Source: an uncultured Gammaproteobacteria bacterium (lineage in GTDB: Bacteria; Pseudomonadota; Gammaproteobacteria; JASBUN01). Taken from it: a stretch of DNA of 64,000 bases. Below, piece by piece: positions 8,020 to 16,679 of the stretch. Every line of letters begins with the position of its first letter. Positions within the stretch are counted from its first letter, which is position 1. The notes under the pieces are model-generated. The model was not told the origin of the DNA. It did no database searches and saw nothing but the letters and a program-made list of their open reading frames with translations. Made by a program: the position numbers and the translations under genes. Where the stretch lies: the NCBI GenBank assembly GCA_963773585.1, contig CAVZBR010000001.1, forward strand, positions 814,905 through 878,904, in the 5' to 3' direction.

Positions 8020-10104
8020 ATGAGTATCGATGTCGACGACGAGATTCTGCAAGACTTCCTGGTGGAAGCCGGGGAGATATTGGAGCAGCTTGGCGAGCAG
8101 CTCGTGCAATTGGAGCAGAGCCCCCAGGACAAGGATCTATTGAATGCCGTGTTCCGCGGTTTTCATACGGTAAAAGGTGGCGCTGGATTTCTCAATCTCA
8201 ACACCATGGTGGCCGTGTGTCACAGAGCCGAGGATGTATTCAACGTCCTGCGCCAGGGGGACCGTCAGATCGATTCGGCATTGATGGATGCGGTCCTGCA
8301 AGTGTTGGACATCGTCAACGATCAGTTTCGTGAGATTACCGCGGGCCAGGAACCGGTTGCGGCTCCGCAAGAGTTGCTCGAGTTGCTGGAGAGCTACGCC
8401 ACGCCCGACAACGGCGAAGGCGCAGCGGTCGAGACGGCGCAGGTTGAAGCTCAACCCGAGCCCGAACCGCAATCGAGCGTTGCTGCCGCTCATGGGCCGG
8501 GCGCCGGTGGCGATGGCGATATTACCGATGACGAATTCGAAGCGTTGCTCGACGCCATGCACGGCGCCGGCAAGGCCCCGGTCGCGGCTGCGGACAAAGC
8601 CGCGCCGGCAGCGAACCCGGCCGCCGGCAACGGCGACGAAATCAGCGACGATGAATTCGATCAGTTGCTGGATGAATTGCACGGTGCCGGCAAAGCGCCG
8701 AAACCGGCCGCGCAAGCGCCTCAGACCAAGTCCGCTGACGAAATCACAGACGACGAGTTCGAGCGTCTGCTCGATGATCTGCACGGTGCCGGCAAGGCGC
8801 CGGTGGTCCCGGTAGAAGCGGCGCCGGCGCGGGCGGCCTCGGCCGCACCACGCGCGCAGCCCGCGGCGGTGGCGGCGGCAGTGAAAACCGAACCGGCCTC
8901 GGAACCCGCCAAGCAGGCCGCCGCCCGTCCAGCGGCAGAGACCTCCGTGCGCGTCGACACTAAACGCCTCGACGACATCATGAACATGGTCGGCGAGTTG
9001 GTGCTGGTGCGCAATCGCTTGTCGACACTGAAAGCGACCATGGAAAACCCCGCCATGTCGAAAGCGGTGGCGAACCTGGATCTGGTCACGTCCGATTTGC
9101 AGGCCGCGGTGATGAAAACCCGCATGCAGCCGATCAAAAAAGTATTCGGCCGCTTTCCGCGGGTGGTCCGCGACTTGGCCCGCAGCCTCAAGAAGGAAGT
9201 GGAACTCGAACTGGTCGGCGAAGATACGGACCTCGACAAGAATCTGGTCGAAGCACTTGCAGATCCGCTGGTTCACTTGGTGCGCAACGCGGTCGATCAC
9301 GGCGTGGAGATGCCCGATGTCCGTGAAGCTGCGGGCAAGCGGCGCACCGGCAAAGTGGTCTTGGCGGCGGCCCAGGAGGGCGATCACATTCTGCTGACCA
9401 TCACCGATGACGGCGCCGGCATGGACGCTGAGGTATTGCGGCGCAAAGCAGTCGAAAAGGGCGTGATGGACGAAGACAGCGCAGCCCGTCTGGATAATAA
9501 GGACTGTTACAATCTGATCTTCGCACCCGGCTTTTCGACCAAGTCGGAGATTTCCGATATATCCGGCCGCGGTGTCGGCATGGACGTGGTCAAAACCCGC
9601 ATTTCGCAGCTCAACGGCACCATTGAGATCGATTCGGAAAAAGGCAAAGGCAGCCGTCTGAGCCTGAAGCTGCCGCTGACCCTGGCGATCCTGCCGACCC
9701 TGATGGTGCAAGTGGGCAAGCGTACTTTTGCATTGCCGCTTTCGTCGGTCAGCGAAATCTTCCATCTGGAAGAGGACCGCACCAACGTGGTGGACGGTCA
9801 GCTCTGCGTGCGCGTGCGAAAACGCGCCATGCCGCTGTTCTATTTGCACGAGTGGTTGCTGCGCAACCCGTCGGAACGGGTCGAAACCGAAACCGAGCAA
9901 GTGGTGGTGACCCAATACGGCAGCCAACGGGTCGGATTCGTCGTCAATCGCGTGCTGGGTCAAGAAGAAGTGGTGATCAAGCCGCTGGGTGCACTGCTAC
10001 ACGGTTTGCCGGGCTTTGCCGGCGCCACCATCACAGGTGACGGCCGGATCGCCTTGATTCTCGACGTACCAAGTTTGATGCGCGCACACGCGCGGCGGAT
10101 CTGA
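8020..10104 (+). CDS. cheA: chemotaxis histidine kinase CheA
   Basis: P1 HPt domain with FRGFHTVKGGAGFL. P3 dimerisation, HATPase (DDGAGMD, GRGVGMD) and a C-terminal CheW-like P5 domain are present. Confidence 0.92.
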   Translation: MSIDVDDEILQDFLVEAGEILEQLGEQLVQLEQSPQDKDLLNAVFRGFHTVKGGAGFLNLNTMVAVCHRAEDVFNVLRQGDRQIDSALMDAVLQVLDIVNDQFREITAGQEPVAAPQELLELLESYATPDNGEGAAVETAQVEAQPEPEPQSSVAAAHGPGAGGDGDITDDEFEALLDAMHGAGKAPVAAADKAAPAANPAAGNGDEISDDEFDQLLDELHGAGKAPKPAAQAPQTKSADEITDDEFERLLDDLHGAGKAPVVPVEAAPARAASAAPRAQPAAVAAAVKTEPASEPAKQAAARPAAETSVRVDTKRLDDIMNMVGELVLVRNRLSTLKATMENPAMSKAVANLDLVTSDLQAAVMKTRMQPIKKVFGRFPRVVRDLARSLKKEVELELVGEDTDLDKNLVEALADPLVHLVRNAVDHGVEMPDVREAAGKRRTGKVVLAAAQEGDHILLTITDDGAGMDAEVLRRKAVEKGVMDEDSAARLDNKDCYNLIFAPGFSTKSEISDISGRGVGMDVVKTRISQLNGTIEIDSEKGKGSRLSLKLPLTLAILPTLMVQVGKRTFALPLSSVSEIFHLEEDRTNVVDGQLCVRVRKRAMPLFYLHEWLLRNPSERVETETEQVVVTQYGSQRVGFVVNRVLGQEEVVIKPLGALLHGLPGFAGATITGDGRIALILDVPSLMRAHARRI
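8518..8802 (+). repeat. three tandem coding repeats (about 33-aa motif D-I/E-T/S-DDEFExLLDxLHGAGKAP) in the CheA P1-P3 linker
   Basis: Three copies at about 8518-8580, 8635-8700 and 8733-8802, separated by Ala/Pro-rich spacers. The similarity is visible at both the nucleotide and the protein level. Confidence 0.8.
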
Positions 10105-10167
10105 TTGCGCCGCGGCACAGACCGTCTTCAGGTGTGTCGCGCGTGGGATGTTGCAGAGGGATATTAG

Positions 10168-11247
10168 ATGACAGTACGGGTGCTGGTGGTTGACGACTCG
10201 GGTTTCTTCCGACGTCGTGTGACCGACATGCTGGGCTCGGATCCACGGCTGGAAGTCGTGGGCGCGGCAGTCGACGGTCGTGATGCGGTGGCCAAAGTAC
10301 GCGAGCTCAACCCTGACGTTGTCACCATGGACATCGAAATGCCGGTCATGGACGGCATCACCGCGGTGCGCAGAATCATGGCCGCGACGCCGAAGCCGGT
10401 GCTGATGTTCTCCTCGCTGACCCACGAAGGCGCGCAAGCCACGTTCGAGGCCCTCGAGGCGGGTGCGCTCGACTATCTGCCGAAAAACTTCGACGACATT
10501 TCCAAGAACCGCGACGAAGTGGCGCGTGTATTGCGCCAGCGTGTCTGGTCGCTCGGTATTCGCGGGCTGCCCAAGCAAGTGGGATTTGCACAGCCGGCAA
10601 CTGCGCGCCAAGCCGTGACGGCAACCGGGGGCGCGGCTCCTGTGCGCGCACCGGTGCCGCGTCCGCCACTGCGGCGTGGCGATTTTCGCGTAGTCGCCAT
10701 CGGCACATCCACCGGCGGACCGGTGGCGCTGCAGCAGGTATTGACCAAACTCCCAGCCAATTTCAAAGCGCCGATCGTGCTGGTCCAACACATGCCGGCG
10801 TCGTTCACCGCCGCCTTTGCGAAACGCTTGGATTCCATGTGCGCCATCAACGTCCGCGAAGCGGTCGATGGCGATCTGCTCAGCCCCGGTACGGCGTTGC
10901 TGGCACCGGGCGGCATGCAGATGCTGGTGGAAAGTCGCGGCGATCAGATGCGCGTGGCGATTCGCGACAGCGAACCCGGTCAAAATTACAAACCGTGCGT
11001 TGATCTCACCTTCAGTTCGCTTGCCCGCGCGGTGCCCGGCAAATGCCTGGCCGTGGTCCTGACCGGCATGGGCGCCGACGGCCGCGAAGGCGCGCGCGCC
11101 CTCAAGCAAGGCGGCAGCGCGGTTTGGGCCCAGGACGAGGCCAGCAGCGTAATCTACGGCATGCCCATGGCGATCGCCCAGGCCGGTCTTGCCGATCAGG
11201 TGTTACCGCTCGGGGAGGTGAGTACACGTCTCCTGGAGTGCGTGTGA
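10168..11247 (+). CDS. cheB: chemotaxis methylesterase/deamidase CheB (REC + CheB_methylest)
   Basis: N-terminal REC domain (VRVLVVDDS...DIEMPVMDGI). The C-terminal catalytic domain carries GTSTGGP, the H of QHMP and the D of GMGADG. Confidence 0.9.
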   Translation: MTVRVLVVDDSGFFRRRVTDMLGSDPRLEVVGAAVDGRDAVAKVRELNPDVVTMDIEMPVMDGITAVRRIMAATPKPVLMFSSLTHEGAQATFEALEAGALDYLPKNFDDISKNRDEVARVLRQRVWSLGIRGLPKQVGFAQPATARQAVTATGGAAPVRAPVPRPPLRRGDFRVVAIGTSTGGPVALQQVLTKLPANFKAPIVLVQHMPASFTAAFAKRLDSMCAINVREAVDGDLLSPGTALLAPGGMQMLVESRGDQMRVAIRDSEPGQNYKPCVDLTFSSLARAVPGKCLAVVLTGMGADGREGARALKQGGSAVWAQDEASSVIYGMPMAIAQAGLADQVLPLGEVSTRLLECV

Positions 11248-11250
11248 TCC

Positions 11251-11991
11251 ATGGACATCCTTACCCTACTGGGCGTCGTGGTCGCGCTGGGCGCGATCAT
11301 CGGTGGCAACCTGATGGAAGGGGGGCACACTGAGTCGTTGATGCAGTTGACGGCGTTCCTGATCGTGTTCGGGGGCACGGTCGGGGCATTGATGATCCAG
11401 TCCCAGCTCAGCATTTTCCTGCGGGCAATGAAATTGGTGTCGTGGCTGGTGATGCCGCCGAAGCTGGCCCCGGGGGAAGCGATCGAGAAAATCGTCAACT
11501 GGAGCAACATCGCGCGCAAGGAAGGGCTGCTGGGCCTGGAGACCATCACCGAGACCGAAGACGACCCGTTCGCCAGGAAGGGTCTGCAACTGCTGGTGGA
11601 CGGCAGCGAGCCGGAGACCATCCGCACCATCCTCGAAGTGGAATTGTCGACCAAAGAGCACACCGACACGCAAGCGGCGAAAGTCTATGAAGCCATGGGC
11701 GGCTACTCGCCCACCATCGGTATTCTCGGCGCGGTGATGGGCTTGATCCATGTCATGAACAACTTGGCCGATCCCAGCAAACTCGGTTCCGGGATCGCAG
11801 TGGCGTTCGTTGCGACCATCTACGGCGTCGGGCTCGCCAATCTGTTTTTCCTGCCAATGGCCAACAAGCTCAAATCGGTGATTCACGACCAGACCCAATT
11901 CCGGGAAATGGTCATCGAAGGCATCATTTCGATCGCCGAGGGCGAGAACCCACGCAACATCGAATCCAAGTTGCAGGGTTATCTAAAGTGA
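11251..11991 (+). CDS. motA: flagellar stator protein MotA/PomA family (MotC-like)
   Basis: 246 aa with four TM segments and a conserved C-terminal region (AFVATIYGVGLANLFFLP). Followed by motB. Confidence 0.85.
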   Translation: MDILTLLGVVVALGAIIGGNLMEGGHTESLMQLTAFLIVFGGTVGALMIQSQLSIFLRAMKLVSWLVMPPKLAPGEAIEKIVNWSNIARKEGLLGLETITETEDDPFARKGLQLLVDGSEPETIRTILEVELSTKEHTDTQAAKVYEAMGGYSPTIGILGAVMGLIHVMNNLADPSKLGSGIAVAFVATIYGVGLANLFFLPMANKLKSVIHDQTQFREMVIEGIISIAEGENPRNIESKLQGYLK

Positions 11992-12074
11992 TGCCGCGGG
12001 GGTCCGCCCCGCATGGAACGGCACTTGCATAGTTTCACGGATATACAGCGAGGGGCTGATCCAGAGTCCGGTGC

Positions 12075-13133
12075 ATGGCACGCAAGAAAAAACATGAAGA
12101 ACACGAAAATCACGAGCGCTGGTTGGTGTCCTACGCCGACTTCATCACCTTGCTGTTCGCGTTTTTCGTGGTTATGTACGCCGTGTCGTCGGTGAATGAA
12201 GGCAAATATCGCGTGTTATCCGAGTCACTTTCCGCTGCATTCCGCTCGCCCACCAAGTCCATGATGCCGATTCAGATCGGCCACGCGGCCAAGTCGCCGT
12301 TGGTCGATAGTCTCGATTTTCGCCAGGTGCCGACCGTAGTGCAGTTGCCGAATATGCCGATTCCGCGCCGCGAGCCCGACACGCAGCCGGAACAATCGGA
12401 CCGGAAGCAGTCGGACGACGCCAGTAATCCGTCACCAGAGCAGGCCCAGCAGGCACTGACGGAAATTTCCGATCAGATCGAAAAGGCCATGGGGGAAATG
12501 ATCGACAAGGGGCTGATCAGTGTGCGCCGCAGCGCGCACTGGGTGGAAGTGGAAATCAACACCAGCATCCTGTTTCCCAGTGGCAGTGCGACTTTGTCGG
12601 GGGCGGCGCTGCCGGTGCTGCAAAAGCTGGCCGATATCTTGAACAAGTTCCCCAACGCCATTCATGTCGAGGGGTTCACCGACAACGTGCCGATCAACAA
12701 TGTGATCTTTCCGTCGAACTGGGAACTGTCCGCGGGGCGCGCCGCCAGTGTGGTGCATTTGTTCACCGAAGCGGGCGTGGACCCAGAACGTCTGGTCGCG
12801 ATCGGTTACGGTCAGTTTCGTCCCGCCGCCGACAATGCCACCGCCGCAGGTCGAGCGAAGAACCGGCGCGTGGTGTTGGTGATCCAGTCGACCGCGGATA
12901 CCCGCGAAGTCGTGGCGGGACTGGCGAAGCTGAACGAAGGCCAGGAATCGCACTCGTCGACGCCGAGCGCGACCACCGGCGCTCATGCGACTCAGGCAGC
13001 GCCGGTGCAGCGTCCGACCAACCCGGGCGCGCTGCGGGTGCCCGGAAAATTCCCGGTGATCACACCGCCGATCCGCTTGCCGTTCGATCACGTGCTGCAA
13101 ATGCCGTCCGGCGGAGCAGGAGTGTCACAATGA
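12075..13133 (+). CDS. motB: flagellar stator protein MotB (MotD-like) with OmpA-like peptidoglycan-binding domain
   Basis: An N-terminal TM with the conserved Asp (WLVSYADFITLLFAFFVVM) is followed by a C-terminal OmpA-like domain (FPSGSATL...NWELSAGRAASV...NRRV). Confidence 0.88.
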   Translation: MARKKKHEEHENHERWLVSYADFITLLFAFFVVMYAVSSVNEGKYRVLSESLSAAFRSPTKSMMPIQIGHAAKSPLVDSLDFRQVPTVVQLPNMPIPRREPDTQPEQSDRKQSDDASNPSPEQAQQALTEISDQIEKAMGEMIDKGLISVRRSAHWVEVEINTSILFPSGSATLSGAALPVLQKLADILNKFPNAIHVEGFTDNVPINNVIFPSNWELSAGRAASVVHLFTEAGVDPERLVAIGYGQFRPAADNATAAGRAKNRRVVLVIQSTADTREVVAGLAKLNEGQESHSSTPSATTGAHATQAAPVQRPTNPGALRVPGKFPVITPPIRLPFDHVLQMPSGGAGVSQ

Positions 13134-13921
13134 AGATCTGGAGTGTCGCCAATCAAAAGGGCGGTGTCGGCAAGACCACGACCACTGTCACCCTGGGCGG
13201 CTGGTGCGCCGCGCGCGGCGCCCCCACCCTCATGGTGGACCTCGACCCCCACGGCTCACTGACGGCCTATTTCGGGTACGACCCGGAGTCCCTCGAGCAC
13301 AGCGTCTACAACTTGTTCCGGGCCGAAGGCCTGGAGTCGGACGCAGTCATGCGGCTGGCGCGTCCCACCAGTGAGGAAAACCTGTGGTTGTTGCCGGCCG
13401 CGACTGCATTGGCGACCTTGGATCGCCAACTCGGCGCCCGGGACGGCATGGGCCTTGTGATTGCGCGGGCGCTGCAGACAGTCGCGTCGCGCTTCGAACA
13501 CGTGGTGATCGATTGCCCGCCCATGCTCGGTGTGCTGATGGTCAACGCGCTCGCTGCATGTGAACGGCTGATCATCCCGGTCCAGACCGAATTCCTGGCC
13601 ATCAAGGGTCTGGAGCGCATGCTGCACACACTGGTGATGATCGAACGCGCCCGCGGCCTGAACGTGCCCTATACCATCGTCCCCACCATGTTCGATCGCC
13701 GCACCCGCGCTTCACTGGATAGCCTGCGTTCCATGCGCGAACGCTTCGCCGAATATCTGTGGCCGGCTGTGATCCCCGTGGACACCCGTTTTCGCGAAGC
13801 CAGCCGTGCCGGGCGGCCGTTGGGACAATATCTGGGTTCCTCGCGCGGTGCTCAGGCATATAAAACGCTACTAGGCGATCTGCTGGGCGAGGCCCGCCCG
13901 GCGCAGGCGGTGATGTCGTGA
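13130..13921 (+). CDS. parC: ParA/MinD-family ATPase, ParC-like (chemotaxis array positioning)
   Basis: Deviant Walker A KGGVGKTTT. Located between motB and a CheW-domain gene, as for ParC of Vibrio or the equivalent Pseudomonas che-cluster ParA-like gene. Confidence 0.75.
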   Translation: MKIWSVANQKGGVGKTTTTVTLGGWCAARGAPTLMVDLDPHGSLTAYFGYDPESLEHSVYNLFRAEGLESDAVMRLARPTSEENLWLLPAATALATLDRQLGARDGMGLVIARALQTVASRFEHVVIDCPPMLGVLMVNALAACERLIIPVQTEFLAIKGLERMLHTLVMIERARGLNVPYTIVPTMFDRRTRASLDSLRSMRERFAEYLWPAVIPVDTRFREASRAGRPLGQYLGSSRGAQAYKTLLGDLLGEARPAQAVMS

Positions 13922-14643
13922 ACAAGAAACAGACCTATCAACTCGAAGAGCAACAGGTGGCGCTGACCAGTTATCTGTCCGCGCTGCTGCAGGACGTACC
14001 GGACTACATCGAAGAACCGCAGCCGGAGGTCATCGAGACCCCGCCGCAGAAGCCGCCGGTGGTCGCCGAAGTGACCGAGACAGCCGAGATAGCGCCACCG
14101 CCGGTGACGATCGAAACGCCGCCGGTAGCGGTGCTGGCGCCAGCGCAATCCACGCTCGACGTTGCCGCGCAATCGGGCTTGCCCGCTTGGGCGCAGAAAC
14201 GCTTCCAGTGTCTGGTATTCCAGGTCGCGGGCCTGTCGCTCGCGGTGCCGCTTACAAAACTGAACGGTGTCATCCCCTGGCAGGAAGGCGTGACCCCGAT
14301 GCCGAACCGCTCGGCGTTGTTTCTGGGCTTGTTGCGTCACCAACAGCGCAACGTCAAGGTGGTGGATACCGCACTCATGGTATTGCCCGAAGGCCGACAA
14401 CCGGCGACTTTGACGCCTGCCGCCGAACGGGTTGCGCACATCATCCTGCTCGACGAGGGGCGTTGGGGTTTGGCCTGCGATCAGATCGGCGAAGTACTCA
14501 CCCTCGATCCCGACGACGTGCGCTGGCGCAGCGCCCAGGGCAAACGCCCGTGGCTCGCCGGCACCGTGCTCAAACATCTGTGCGCATTGCTCGATGCCGA
14601 TGCCTTCGTGGAACTGTTGTTGCACGGCGAGCGGCAAACCTAA
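13918..14643 (+). CDS. parP: CheW-domain protein, ParP-like (partner of ParC)
   Basis: Pro-rich N-terminal region plus a C-terminal CheW-like domain. GTG start overlapping the parC stop. Confidence 0.65.
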   Translation: MNKKQTYQLEEQQVALTSYLSALLQDVPDYIEEPQPEVIETPPQKPPVVAEVTETAEIAPPPVTIETPPVAVLAPAQSTLDVAAQSGLPAWAQKRFQCLVFQVAGLSLAVPLTKLNGVIPWQEGVTPMPNRSALFLGLLRHQQRNVKVVDTALMVLPEGRQPATLTPAAERVAHIILLDEGRWGLACDQIGEVLTLDPDDVRWRSAQGKRPWLAGTVLKHLCALLDADAFVELLLHGERQT

Positions 14644-14676
14644 TGGCATAGAAACTGCTTGATTGCGGAAAAGGGG

Positions 14677-14704
14677 TCAAGAAATGTCCGTATCTTGACG
14701 ATAA
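14677..14704 (+). promoter_or_regulatory. putative sigma-28-type promoter TCAAG-N15-GACGATAA upstream of cheW
   Basis: The sequence tcaag-aaatgtccgtatctt-gacgataa sits about 50 bp upstream of the cheW start. It has the same architecture as the motif upstream of fliA. Confidence 0.4.
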
Positions 14705-14755
14705 CCCGCCATAGGCAACGATCGAAAAACCGGCGCGGCAAAGAGGAACCGTTTC

Positions 14756-15235
14756 ATGAGTAATCAAGCTGTGGACACCAGCAACGACCCGATCTTGCAG
14801 TGGGTGACGTTCCGGCTGGACAACGAGACCTATGGCATCAACGTCATGCAGGTGCAGGAAGTGTTGCGCGTGACGGAAATTGCGCCGGTGCCCGGATCTC
14901 CAGACTATGTGATGGGAATCATCAACTTGCGCGGCAATGTCGTGACCGTGCTCGATACCCGCCGGCGCTTCGGTCTGGGGCCTCAGGAAATGGACGATTC
15001 CACCCGCATCGTAGTCATCGAAGCGGAGGACAACGTAGTCGGCATTCTGGTGGACAGCGTCGCCGAAGTAGTGGAACTGAACCGCTCCGCGGTGGAGTCC
15101 TCCCCCAACGTCGGCAACGACGAGAGCGCCAAATATATCGAAGGCGTCGCCAATCATGACGGCGAACTGCTGATTCTGGTGGACATCAACAAGCTCCTCA
15201 GCGACGAAGAGTGGGCCGACATGTCGCAGTTCTGA
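14756..15235 (+). CDS. cheW: chemotaxis coupling protein CheW
   Basis: 159 aa single CheW domain (WVTFRLDNETYGINVMQVQEVL...IINLRGNVVTVLD). Confidence 0.9.
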   Translation: MSNQAVDTSNDPILQWVTFRLDNETYGINVMQVQEVLRVTEIAPVPGSPDYVMGIINLRGNVVTVLDTRRRFGLGPQEMDDSTRIVVIEAEDNVVGILVDSVAEVVELNRSAVESSPNVGNDESAKYIEGVANHDGELLILVDINKLLSDEEWADMSQF

Positions 15236-15455
15236 CGTGATCAGCGATGGCGGAGATCCCCGACGTCAATCCGCTACGCCCCGTCTGGCCGACCCGGCCC
15301 GATGAGCGCGGGCGTGGGCAACGGGAACGCGATGGAAATTCCGGCGAAGACAGGCCCGGAGCGGATGCGGAACAGCCGCCTCGCCACCGCAAGCCGGATG
15401 CCGATGACGATCACCAGATCGATGAATATGTGTAACTCGATTCCAGGTGCCAACC

Positions 15456-15854
15456 ATGAACTTTGACGGTACATTGCTGATGCTTGCGAGCGCCGCACTC
15501 GCGGCGGCGAGCATGGCGGTGGCGCTGCTCGCATGGCGTTCAGTGCGCCGCTGGCGCGCACTCGCCGCACGCTATGAAGCCGGCCTCGCCGAGCTGCGCC
15601 AGGACGTGCGCGGTCTGTGCGCGGGAGCGGTGGGATTGGACGAACGCCTCGCCCGGATCGAGCAATCCGGTCGACGCCTCAAGGAACGGCAGGAACAGCT
15701 CGAGCTGCGCGACGGCGGCGAACGTCTCTACAGCCAGGCCATCCGCATGGTCCAAAAAGGCAGCAAAGCCGACGAGTTGGTCTCGGTATGCGGGCTGTCG
15801 CGCAACGAAGCCGAATTGATCATCATGATGCACAGCGTCGACAAAGCCGGCTGA
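15456..15854 (+). CDS. DUF2802-like protein (N-terminal TM, coiled coil, C-terminal HTH-like segment) conserved downstream of cheW
   Basis: Hydrophobic N-terminus, a coiled-coil middle and a C-terminal KADELVSVCGLSRNEAELIIMMH. The position after cheW matches Pseudomonas-type che clusters. Confidence 0.6.
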   Translation: MNFDGTLLMLASAALAAASMAVALLAWRSVRRWRALAARYEAGLAELRQDVRGLCAGAVGLDERLARIEQSGRRLKERQEQLELRDGGERLYSQAIRMVQKGSKADELVSVCGLSRNEAELIIMMHSVDKAG

Positions 15855-15876
15855 CCCGGTTTCCATTCCTGATCCC

Positions 15877-16335
15877 ATCACCCGCCGTAGGTTGGGTCAA
15901 GCGCGCAGCGCGGACCCAACACCACGCCCCAAAACCGCGACACCGTAGGTTGGGTCAAGCGCGCAGCGCGGACCCAACATCACGCCCCAAAACCGCACCA
16001 CCGTAGGTTGGGTCAAGCGCGCAGCGCGGACCCAACATCACGCCCCCAAACCGCACCACCGTAGGTTGGGTCAAGCGCGCAGCGCGGACCCAACATCACC
16101 GCCAAACCGCAACCCGCTTACCGAGACCGCACACCCGATCCGCGGCTCGCCCCCAAACACATCACACCCGTAGGTTGGGTCAAGCGCACAGCGCGGACCC
16201 AACGTCACAGCCTAAACCGCACCACCGTAGGTTGGGTCAAGCGCGCAGCGCGGACCCAACACCACGCCCCAAACCGCAACACCCACGTAGATTGGGTCAA
16301 CCACTCAGCGCGGATCCAACGCCGCGCCTCAGGAC
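15877..16335. repeat. array of about 7 tandem direct repeats of a ~59-bp unit. Each unit carries a perfect hairpin GTTGGGTC-N14-GACCCAAC.
   Basis: The unit ccgtaGGTTGGGTCaagcgcgcagcgcgGACCCAACatcacgccccaaaaccgcaccac is repeated head-to-tail with few substitutions. Copy 4 carries a ~50-bp insertion and the last copy is degenerate, abutting the stop of the minus-strand flhB-like gene. Confidence 0.9.
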
Positions 16336-16679
16336 TCATGTTGCAGATCGTCGGGCCCGCCCAACCGTGGTGCCTCACCGGCACCGGCTTCGCGGCGCTG
16401 CGGCACGCCGCATACCCGGCCCGACAGCAGGTACGCGAATGCAATCACCTCGGCGACGGCGCGATACAAGGCGTCAGGAATTTCCTCTCCCAACTCGATT
16501 TGCGACAAGACCACAGCGAGCTGTGGATTTTCATACAACGGTACATCGTGTTCGCGGGCCAGGTTGCGAATCGCTTCGGCGAGTTCGTATTCCCCTTTCG
16601 CGGTTACTCGGGGCGCATCGCGGCCGTCGTAGCGTAACGCCACAGCGATGTCGGGGCGCCTGGAATTGCGAGTACTCAT
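16329..16679 (-). CDS. stand-alone FlhB C-terminal-domain paralogue (Bac_export_2-like, no NPTH motif)
   Basis: 116 aa similar to the FlhB cytoplasmic C-terminus (VAVALRYDGRDAPRVTAKGEYELAEAIRNLAREHDVPLYENPQLA). It lies directly downstream of fliK. Confidence 0.75.
   Translation of the reverse strand: MSTRNSRRPDIAVALRYDGRDAPRVTAKGEYELAEAIRNLAREHDVPLYENPQLAVVLSQIELGEEIPDALYRAVAEVIAFAYLLSGRVCGVPQRREAGAGEAPRLGGPDDLQHES

Noticed and set aside
8137-9963. 608-aa minus-strand ORF antisense to cheA. Similar long antisense ORFs are at 3894-5156 (versus flhF), 25341-27164 (versus GH57), 37534-39333 (versus secD) and 17127-18151 (versus fliK).
   Set aside because: These are typical stop-poor antisense frames of high-GC coding DNA. 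Their products are Arg/His/Gly-rich low-complexity sequences with no recognisable domains, and the sense-strand genes are strongly supported.
15877-16335. Possible CRISPR array (30-nt palindromic repeat with about 29-nt intervals)
   Set aside because: The intervals are near-identical to one another (atcacgccccaaaaccgcaccaccgtag and variants). The whole 59-bp unit is therefore tandemly duplicated and the intervals are not unique spacers. No cas genes are nearby.
15877-16335. Integron attC-like sites (GTTGGGT matches the GTTRRRY core and ACCCAAC the RYYYAAC inverse core)
   Set aside because: The orientation and spacing do not fit attC architecture: there is no L'/L'' extended stem between inverse core and core. 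No intI gene or cassette ORFs are present.
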